Below are positions 57,128 through 64,000 of a DNA stretch of 64,000 nt, piece by piece. Below the pieces are notes generated by a model. That model was not told the origin of the DNA. It saw nothing but the letters and a program-made list of their open reading frames with translations, and ran no database searches. Origin of the DNA: an uncultured Gammaproteobacteria bacterium (GTDB lineage Bacteria; Patescibacteriota; Microgenomatia; CAZETR01; Amesbacteraceae); contig CAZIVL010000002.1 of the NCBI GenBank assembly GCA_964543035.1, forward strand, positions 150,948 through 214,947. Direction: 5' to 3'. How positions within the stretch are numbered: the first letter of the stretch is position 1; each line of letters begins with the position of its first letter. A program made the translations under genes and the position numbers.

Positions 57128-57381
57128 TGGTTGATTATAGAGCAGAGCACTGGTTTTTCAACCTGTAGTCATGAAAATTGACCCGCTGGGGGACGATTTG
57201 AGGGACTTTATTGATTGTTTGTTGTTAGTTGTAGGTTGTCTGCAAAAATTGGTGCTTGGTGACGAGAAGTTATAGGTTAAACCTAGAGTAAACTATAAGA
57301 CTGTCTTGTAGTTGTGTAAGCAGAGATGAAAGGAGTGTGCTAATGAGTGACAGGTAGAAGCGAGTGGCATATAATTTGGGA

Positions 57382-59667
57382 ATGACTAGCGCTAAATACA
57401 ATTTTTCGGAAGTTGAGGCTAAATGGCAGAAAAAGTGGGATGAGGAGAAGATTTATAAGGCTAAAGGTCAGGGCGATAAAAAATATATCCTCGCTATGTT
57501 TCCATACCCATCTGGTGCTGGCATCCATGTAGGACATTTGACAGGCTACATTGGGGCAGAGGTGGTCTCGAGATATTTTAGGATGAAGGGTTATGACGTA
57601 ATGTTTCCAATCGGATGGGATGCGTTTGGTTTACCAGCTGAGAATTATGCGATCAAGCACGGAGTCCATCCGGATAAGTCTACGCACGACAATATCGCCA
57701 ACTTTATTAAACAGCTGAAGGGGCCGGGGCTGGCATACGATTGGAGTAGGGTAATAGATACGAGTAGCCCCGAGTACATGAAGTGGTCGCAGTGGCTATT
57801 TATTAAACTCTTTGAGAAGGGTTTGGCCTATAAGGCTCTCGCTTCGGTAAACTGGTGTCCATCCTGCGAAACTGTGCTTGCTAACGAACAGGTGGTAGAT
57901 GACAAATGCGAGAGATGCGACAGTGTAGTTGAATCAAGACAGATGGAGCAGTGGTTTTTTAGGATAACCGACTATAGCGAGAGGCTACTTATGGGTTTGA
58001 ACAATATTGACTGGCCAGCTTCAACTAAAGCCATGCAGAGGAATTGGATTGGGAAGAAAGAAGGTTATACGATCAAATTTGAGGGGATCCTGCCTGCCGG
58101 CAGGCAGGTTGCGGTCTTTACCACTCGTCCGGATACTCTGAATAGTGCGACTTTTGTGGCATTGGCAGTTGATTACCCCGGAGTGATAGAGCTGGCAAGT
58201 AAAGAAAAGAAGCCTCAAGTAGAGCAATTCTTAAAAAGGACTTGGACACAAGAAACGAGAGATAAAACCAAAGAGGGCATGAATCTGGGGATTACTGTAA
58301 CTAATCCTTTGACGGGGGATCAAATTCCCGTATGGGTGACTAACTATGTGACTATGGATTTTGGGACTGGGGCGATCATGGGAGTGCCTGGTCATGATTC
58401 CCGCGACAACGAGTTTGCTAGTAAGTATCAGATTGATATAGTAAACAAAGAGCCCGATGCTACACTTGCGGAAAAAATAATTAAAGAAGGTTGGGGAAAA
58501 AAGAAGGTAAATTACCATTTGCGAGACTGGTTGATTAGTAGACAAAGATATTGGGGAGCGCCAATACCAATGATTTGGTGTGAGAAATGTGGATGGAACC
58601 CTGTCTCTGAGAAAGATTTGCCAGTCAAGTTGCCGATGGATGTTGAATTTAGGCCTACTGGTGAATCGCCACTGGCTGGATCTAAGGAATTTCAAGAGGG
58701 GGTGGCGTGTCCAAACTGTGGTGGAAAGGGAAGAAGAGAAGTGGATACCATGGATACGTTTATGGATTCTTCTTGGTACTTTTTGAGGTTTTGTGATCCA
58801 TTTAATACTAGTGAACCTTGGAGTGCGGAATCTATTAAGAAGTGGATGCCGGTTGATTTGTATATAGGTGGAGATCATGCGACCACGCATTTGATTTACG
58901 CCCGATTCGTGATGATGGCCTTGTATGACATGGGGTTGGTATTTCAGGAGGAACCCTTCCCTCGTTTTTACAAGAATGGGCATCTGTTGGGTGAAGACAA
59001 TCGGAAGATGAGCAAGAGATGGGGAAACGTGGTCGATCCGGTAGAAATGGTCAATAAGTTTGGCGCTGATGCACTACGTACTTATGAAATGTTTATGGGG
59101 CCATTGGATGCAACCATGGTTTGGAGTACCTCTGGAATTGAGGGGGTAGCAAGATTTTTGAGCAGAGTTCAGAAGCTGATTGAGAATGAAGAACGACCAG
59201 AAGTCAGTAGTGCCGAGGCTAAATTGACTATGAGTCGGTTAATTACTAAGGTTGAAAAGGATATCAATGTTTTGAAGCTGAACACAGCAATCGCCGCATG
59301 TATGTCGTGGGTGAACTGGTGGTCTGATCATAAGACGGAAGTGGGTCGAGATTTGACTTTGGCTTTTGTAAAAATACTTGCTCCCTTTGCACCGTTTTTG
59401 GCAGAAGAGATGTATCAGCGCTTGAAGGATTCGAGTGACAAATTTGAATCTGTGCACACCAGCTCCTGGCCGGTGATGGAATATGATCAGGCTAGCGAAC
59501 AGGTAAAGATCATTGTACAGGTGGATGGAAGAGTACGATTTGTGAGTGAGGGACCGATCACTGAAGCTGAAGCTCGAGAGAAAGTAGGGAAGTATTTGGT
59601 GGGTGACTACAAAGTTGTGCAGATTCCGGGAAAAGTAATAAACTTTGTGAGTGAGGGACACAAGTAA
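57382..59667 (+). CDS. leuS: Leucyl-tRNA synthetase
   Basis: MFPYPSG..HVGH, WDAFGLPAEN, TTRPDT, DWLISRQRYWG, KMSKR. Confidence 0.98.
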   Translation: MTSAKYNFSEVEAKWQKKWDEEKIYKAKGQGDKKYILAMFPYPSGAGIHVGHLTGYIGAEVVSRYFRMKGYDVMFPIGWDAFGLPAENYAIKHGVHPDKSTHDNIANFIKQLKGPGLAYDWSRVIDTSSPEYMKWSQWLFIKLFEKGLAYKALASVNWCPSCETVLANEQVVDDKCERCDSVVESRQMEQWFFRITDYSERLLMGLNNIDWPASTKAMQRNWIGKKEGYTIKFEGILPAGRQVAVFTTRPDTLNSATFVALAVDYPGVIELASKEKKPQVEQFLKRTWTQETRDKTKEGMNLGITVTNPLTGDQIPVWVTNYVTMDFGTGAIMGVPGHDSRDNEFASKYQIDIVNKEPDATLAEKIIKEGWGKKKVNYHLRDWLISRQRYWGAPIPMIWCEKCGWNPVSEKDLPVKLPMDVEFRPTGESPLAGSKEFQEGVACPNCGGKGRREVDTMDTFMDSSWYFLRFCDPFNTSEPWSAESIKKWMPVDLYIGGDHATTHLIYARFVMMALYDMGLVFQEEPFPRFYKNGHLLGEDNRKMSKRWGNVVDPVEMVNKFGADALRTYEMFMGPLDATMVWSTSGIEGVARFLSRVQKLIENEERPEVSSAEAKLTMSRLITKVEKDINVLKLNTAIAACMSWVNWWSDHKTEVGRDLTLAFVKILAPFAPFLAEEMYQRLKDSSDKFESVHTSSWPVMEYDQASEQVKIIVQVDGRVRFVSEGPITEAEAREKVGKYLVGDYKVVQIPGKVINFVSEGHK
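58089..58108. repeat. Perfect 20-bp palindrome (family C) in frame within leuS
   Basis: CCTGCCTGCCGGCAGGCAGG, encoding (I)LPAGRQ(V). Confidence 0.8.
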
Positions 59668-60013
59668 ACAAGCGATTGTCTTTGCGCTATTTGGAGGTAT
59701 TTTGATAGGGTTGGGTGTGTTTTTTTGGAAATCGGGGGGATTAGAAATAAATACAAACATTCAAATACTAAATTACGAATCGGAGATTCGCTCTTCGCGT
59801 AAGAACCAAATAAATACCAAAAACGAAAGACTAAAGACAAATATAAATATTGCAACGCAAGTAGAACTGGAGGCCTTGCCCAGAATTGGTGAGGTGACGG
59901 CGAGAAAGATAATGGGTGGGAGGCCATATGTGAATACGCGTGAGCTGGTAGAAAGAAAGATACTGGGGGAAAAGGCGTACGATGAGATTAGAGATTTGAT
60001 AGCTGTGGAATGA
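59651..60013 (+). CDS. comEA: ComEA-like helix-hairpin-helix DNA receptor
   Basis: N-terminal TM; ININIAT..ELEALPRIG..TARKI...RPY. Confidence 0.88.
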   Translation: MRDTSKQAIVFALFGGILIGLGVFFWKSGGLEINTNIQILNYESEIRSSRKNQINTKNERLKTNINIATQVELEALPRIGEVTARKIMGGRPYVNTRELVERKILGEKAYDEIRDLIAVE

Positions 60014-60972
60014 GCAAGAAACTAGCGGTATTTGGACTGTTACTAGTATTTGGGGGAAGCTTGTTTTTGCGACATGACTTTGAGGGGCTTGTTAAGTCTT
60101 GGTTACCGGGGGACGAGGCAGGACTTGCTTCTGGAATCCTCCTGGGAGGATCTGGCAAGCTAAGTAGCCCGGCCAAAGAAGCATATAGACGAGTGGGGAT
60201 GCTACATGTGGTGGCAGCGTCTGGATACAATGTCACAATAATTGCGGGGTTAACAATGGTGATTGCCGTCAAACTGGTATCCAGGAGGTGGGCGATACTG
60301 TTTGTGATAGTTAGTGTGGTTTTGTATATGTATCTGGCGGGAATGACAGCGTCAGTCGTGCGAGCTGGGATTATGGCAATCTGTACATATATTGCCTTGA
60401 TGTTTGGGAGACCTGCCGATGGTTACTGGGTATTGGGGCTGGTATCAGGACTTATGATACTGATTAATCCGGGGTATGTGAGTGATATTGGATTTTTGCT
60501 GTCGGTGGCGGCGACTGTGGGAGTGCTTTCTTCTCATGTCATCCCGACCGAGTTTGAAAAACGAGTGGAGGGATCCCTCGACTTGCTGCGCTCGCTCGGG
60601 ATGACAATAAAAAATGATCTAAAGACTACCTTGTGGGCACAGGCATTTACGACACCCATTATCTTGCATTATTTTGGTGATCTGAGCCTGATTGCACCAG
60701 TAACTAATGCTCTTATGCTCTGGATGGTGCCTATTGTGATGCAGATCATGTTAGTTGCCTTGGGAGTGGGTGTGGTGTGGCCGTTTTTTGGCCAACTGAT
60801 CTCATTTTTGGCATATCCTTTTTTGCGGATTCTGAATCTGGGAGCACAGTTTTTTTCAGAGCTGCCACTGGCGAGTATCAGTGTTGGGAAGATGTCTTTG
60901 GCCTGGGTGGGAGCATATTATGTGGTCTTAATTGCTCTAATTAGTCTAATTAACCTAAAAAGAAGAGGATGA
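60010..60972 (+). CDS. comEC: ComEC competence (membrane) domain protein
   Basis: GMLHVVAASGYN, ASVVRAGIM, DIGFLLS. Confidence 0.92.
   Translation: MSKKLAVFGLLLVFGGSLFLRHDFEGLVKSWLPGDEAGLASGILLGGSGKLSSPAKEAYRRVGMLHVVAASGYNVTIIAGLTMVIAVKLVSRRWAILFVIVSVVLYMYLAGMTASVVRAGIMAICTYIALMFGRPADGYWVLGLVSGLMILINPGYVSDIGFLLSVAATVGVLSSHVIPTEFEKRVEGSLDLLRSLGMTIKNDLKTTLWAQAFTTPIILHYFGDLSLIAPVTNALMLWMVPIVMQIMLVALGVGVVWPFFGQLISFLAYPFLRILNLGAQFFSELPLASISVGKMSLAWVGAYYVVLIALISLINLKRRG
60537..60606. repeat. Full REP-like element (family A) in frame within comEC
   Basis: 11-bp IR TGTCATCCCGA / TCGGGATGACA enclosing GGGATCCCTCGAC. Confidence 0.85.
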
Positions 60973-61859
60973 AATATCTGATTATTGGTCTGACTCTCGT
61001 GTTGATAGCCGTGTGGACGGCGGTCATTGTGCTGCCTGATGACAAGCTGCATGTGGTCGTATGCGATGTGGGGCAGGGGGACGCGATACTGGTGTGGCAA
61101 GGATATATCCAGATGCTCGTGGACTCGGGTCCTAATAATGATGTGCAGGCATGTCTAGGAGCACATATACCGTTTTACGATCGGAAGCTTGATCTGGTGA
61201 TCCTTACACATCCCGATTCTGATCATGTAGGAGGAATGGCTGAGGTGGTGGCCAGATACAGGATCGGAAAATTTGTGACAGTGCCTATTGGCACACAAAC
61301 GACTGCATATCAAAACCTAATGCGGCAAACCACAAACCACAATGTCCAGATAACAAATGTATATGCCGGGGATGAAATACGTTTTGGGGATATGAGGTTT
61401 GAGGTAGTGTGGCCCGCCAAGTCTTTTGTGGCGAATAACACCCCCTCTGATCCCCCTCTTGCTTCAAGAGGGGGAAGTGTATTGGGTTTAAGTACGATTG
61501 GGGCGGGGACAAATGAGTTTTCGATAGGGGGAGTCCTTCGATTTGGGGAATTTGACATGATGTTTACGGGAGACGCGGATATTGCGATTCTGGATGATCA
61601 ACTCGCCACGGGGCTCTTGTCTGATGTGGATGTACTAAAGGTTGCTCATCACGGCAGCAAGTTTGGGACGACTTCCTCCTGGCTAGCGGCTGTCAGGCCC
61701 GAACTGGCTGTGGTGTCTGTGGGTAAGAATAATCGTTATGGGCATCCGACTGACGAAGTAATGAAGTTATTGAGTGATTTTGAGATTAAGATCATGAGAA
61801 CTGATCTGGAAGGGGAGATTGAGATTGTGAGTGATGGGGTGGGGTGGAGGGTATACTAA
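60969..61859 (+). CDS. ComEC-type metallo-beta-lactamase-fold nuclease (split from the membrane domain)
   Basis: DVGQGD, THPDSDH, FTGD, LKVAHHGS, NRYGHP, RTD..G. Confidence 0.93.
   Translation: MKYLIIGLTLVLIAVWTAVIVLPDDKLHVVVCDVGQGDAILVWQGYIQMLVDSGPNNDVQACLGAHIPFYDRKLDLVILTHPDSDHVGGMAEVVARYRIGKFVTVPIGTQTTAYQNLMRQTTNHNVQITNVYAGDEIRFGDMRFEVVWPAKSFVANNTPSDPPLASRGGSVLGLSTIGAGTNEFSIGGVLRFGEFDMMFTGDADIAILDDQLATGLLSDVDVLKVAHHGSKFGTTSSWLAAVRPELAVVSVGKNNRYGHPTDEVMKLLSDFEIKIMRTDLEGEIEIVSDGVGWRVY
61438..61476. repeat. Palindromic repeat (family B) in frame within the MBL gene
   Basis: ACACCCCCTCTGATCCCCCTCTTGCTTCAAGAGGGGGAA, encoding TPSDPPLASRGG. Confidence 0.75.
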
Positions 61860-62947
61860 GGCTGATTTTGTCTTTGAGATAAAATATTTTCAATGTTTAA
61901 TCTCATTATTTCACTTTGCATTGGGTTAAAAGGTGTAGCTCCGTTGGAGATAATGTCTCGTAATTCTTGTGACCCATAGGTGTAGTCTGACATAACGCTT
62001 TTTATTGAATAAAATCCATACACTGGGTCTCCCATACATCTTTTTCCAAATGGAATTATGGGTGGGTCAATATTAGCGAATGCTTGTGCGACAAGTCCAT
62101 CTATCATCGTTGTGTCGGTAAATAGTTCTGTGTTGTTTAGCTCTGGCCCCATAAATATAGGATAACTGTCCGATAATCCTCCGATCATATGCCCGGTTAT
62201 TTCGTGAGCCAGGAAGTAGAGGTTATCAGGATTCTCTCCGGGTACTGTAGACATGAATGGTCCGCCTGACCCTGCCCAATCAGAGGTGTTTGCAACAAGT
62301 ACGTACTGGTCTACATGTCTGACAGTGTTTACCTGAGAGATAAAGGGGTCGACCTCGTTTGATAGAGGAGCAAATAGTAATCTGTCACTTCTCTCCATGG
62401 TTAAAGGGACATTTTTTCTGAAAAACGAAAATTCTACTCTCATCCCTTTGGATAGGGCAGCTAGGTCAGAAACGACTTGGGCTAATCTCATCTCTATTTT
62501 TTCAGGGTCGTCATATCCAACAGGAACAACTAGAACCTGTAGTTTGTTGAGATCTGGGTCTGGTTGGGAGAAGTCATTTGGACCCAAATTTAAGGATTTT
62601 ATTTGTTCTTCGGAACCAACGAATTGATAGTCTGATCTTAAGGGTTGGTTGTTCGTTTCTACTGCTGCTTCGGGAGTGCCTGCTGCTACTGCACTTAGGG
62701 GATCCGGGTCTGATATATCATATCTACAAAAGTCATAACTATCAGGAACTGCTGTAACCTTATATGATGTAGCTGTTGGAAAAGGGGTGGGAGTTTCTGT
62801 TGAGGTAGGAGTTTCGGAAGGAATAAACGTAGGGGTAGAAGAAGGTTCTAATTCAATTGATGGGGCAATTTCGGTTGAATTGCTGCAAGCTGCCAACAGG
62901 CTTGCTACTAGCAGTCCATATGTCGCTTTTCTATAGGACGATTTCAT
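61856..62947 (-). CDS. Lipoprotein with zinc-metallopeptidase (M64-like) motif
   Basis: Lipobox LLAAC; PT linker; LAHEITGHMIGGLSDSY; SVM; FNP. Confidence 0.7.
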   Translation of the reverse strand: MKSSYRKATYGLLVASLLAACSNSTEIAPSIELEPSSTPTFIPSETPTSTETPTPFPTATSYKVTAVPDSYDFCRYDISDPDPLSAVAAGTPEAAVETNNQPLRSDYQFVGSEEQIKSLNLGPNDFSQPDPDLNKLQVLVVPVGYDDPEKIEMRLAQVVSDLAALSKGMRVEFSFFRKNVPLTMERSDRLLFAPLSNEVDPFISQVNTVRHVDQYVLVANTSDWAGSGGPFMSTVPGENPDNLYFLAHEITGHMIGGLSDSYPIFMGPELNNTELFTDTTMIDGLVAQAFANIDPPIIPFGKRCMGDPVYGFYSIKSVMSDYTYGSQELRDIISNGATPFNPMQSEIMRLNIENILSQRQNQP

Positions 62948-63055
62948 CTATAAATTATATCCTATAGTATCAAGTTTTGCAATTTGCTCAAATCGTTTGA
63001 GGTTTGGTGTGGACACGTGCCGGGCGTTTGAAGCTGATTGTGGTATATTTTGAAT

Positions 63056-63505
63056 ATGTCGTTGAGCTATGAGATTGTATCTAGGGATGTATTGAGTGAG
63101 GAGTGGCTACGAGAGAGGTTGGCTGATGATTTTAAAATCTTTGGAGAGATGAGAAACCCTGAGGGGAAGTTAGTTCATTTGGTGCTCAAGCCAATACATG
63201 AGAAGACGCCTGAACTACTCAAAGATGGTGTGGAATTTGGAGTTGGGTCGAATCAATTGTATGTCAGAGTGGTTGCAAGTGCATTTACTGACCTTGAGAT
63301 GGAGAAGCTGATGCAAATTATTGATGTGGTGGCGCTCAAGCTGGGGGCACACATTGTAGATCCTCAGATAGGACTTGATGATATCGAACCATCGGGATTC
63401 ACTGAGGCTAAATTTTTTGATTTTTCGATTGCAGGGAAGACCGTTTCAAATGAGGTCATAGCTCCTGAATTTGTGAATGTAGTAAGGAACCTGGGGAAGA
63501 GCTAA
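63056..63505 (+). CDS. Hypothetical protein
   Basis: About 149 aa; TATATT 6 nt before ATG. Confidence 0.55.
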   Translation: MSLSYEIVSRDVLSEEWLRERLADDFKIFGEMRNPEGKLVHLVLKPIHEKTPELLKDGVEFGVGSNQLYVRVVASAFTDLEMEKLMQIIDVVALKLGAHIVDPQIGLDDIEPSGFTEAKFFDFSIAGKTVSNEVIAPEFVNVVRNLGKS

Positions 63506-63584
63506 AATATATCTATGAGAATATGCTCATCGCTTTATTTGCTGACGCAATGGACGATCATATCCGCGTTTGATTGTGATGTAT

Positions 63585-64000
63585 ATGCGGATTGGAATTG
63601 ATGCGAGTCGGGCGTTTGGGAGTGAGAGAACTGGGACGGAGGAGTATTCGTATCAGATGATCAAGCATCTGTTGGTTTTGCCTGAAGCTAAAAAACATGA
63701 ATGGGTGCTGTATGTAAGAGAGAAGCCTGGATTCTTCGCGGAGGCTCAGAATGACAACGTTACTATAGAAAAGATTGGTATGAGGTATCTGTGGACGCAA
63801 GTGGGACTGGCTAGTAGGACCTGGATAGATAACCTGGATGTCTTGTGGGTGCCGGCTCATACGCTGCCGGTCTTGCGAAAGCCGGGACTGAAGACTGTGG
63901 TGACTGTGCATGGCATTGAATATGAGTGGCTACCAGCCTATGAGAACGCGCTACAAAGGTGGTACTTGCCTCTATCGACTCAATACGCAGTGGGGAGTGC
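63585..64000 (+). CDS. Glycosyltransferase family 4 (3' truncated)
   Basis: MRIGIDASRA...RTGTEEYS...WTQ...DVLWVPAHTLP...VVTVHG; open to the window end. Confidence 0.88.
   Translation, partial: MRIGIDASRAFGSERTGTEEYSYQMIKHLLVLPEAKKHEWVLYVREKPGFFAEAQNDNVTIEKIGMRYLWTQVGLASRTWIDNLDVLWVPAHTLPVLRKPGLKTVVTVHGIEYEWLPAYENALQRWYLPLSTQYAVGS
63728..63756. repeat. REP-like palindrome (family A variant) in frame within the glycosyltransferase
   Basis: TGGATTCTTCGCGGAGGCTCAGAATGACA, encoding GFFAEAQND. Confidence 0.65.

Noticed and set aside
57130-57381. T-box leader upstream of leuS
   Set aside because: No T-box consensus or terminator seen; TATAAT lies 6 nt before the ATG, which implies a leaderless mRNA.
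58231-58983. Long antisense ORFs (also 34285-34887 and 50663-51277)
   Set aside because: Shadows of leuS, radA and murE, with no recognisable motifs.
60010-61859. Split comEC as a frameshifted pseudogene
   Set aside because: Both parts are intact, have an ATGA overlap, and the second has its own N-terminal TM; split ComEC is a known arrangement.
63558-63911. Minus-strand 117-aa ORF
   Set aside because: Antisense to a clear GT4 glycosyltransferase reading frame.

Overview
A 64-kb chromosomal segment from a reduced-genome bacterium. The CPR/Patescibacteria assignment (probably Microgenomates) is an inference from divergent rRNAs, group I introns in 23S, an archaeal-type ATP-dependent DNA ligase, N-terminally truncated MurF, split ComEC and many orphan or Cys/PT-rich surface proteins. 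The window holds an unlinked rRNA set: 16S, then about 8 kb of protein genes plus tRNA-Ile, then a separately promoted tRNA-Ala/23S/5S unit with two ORF-less group I introns (L1951, L2500). It also carries a rearranged peptidoglycan cluster (murF, ddl, murB, murA, pgeF, murD, murC, mraY, murE), trxA/trxB, pyrG, rpsA, radA, rho, leuS, comEA/comEC, a MacAB-type ABC transporter, a sortase with its adjacent substrate and a REP-associated Y1 transposase. Most notable observations: (1) a VKOR fused to a dihydroorotate-dehydrogenase-like flavoprotein plus a circularly permuted DsbA, a candidate respiration-independent disulfide-bond pathway; (2) a classical Leu/Val leader-peptide attenuator upstream of an orphan gene; (3) a terminator/antiterminator in the 23S leader sharing 14 nt with the 16S processing stem; (4) repeated in-frame insertion of REP-like palindromes and 7-8-mer tandem repeats into housekeeping genes; (5) widespread leaderless promoters. 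All calls come from reading the sequence; no searches were run.
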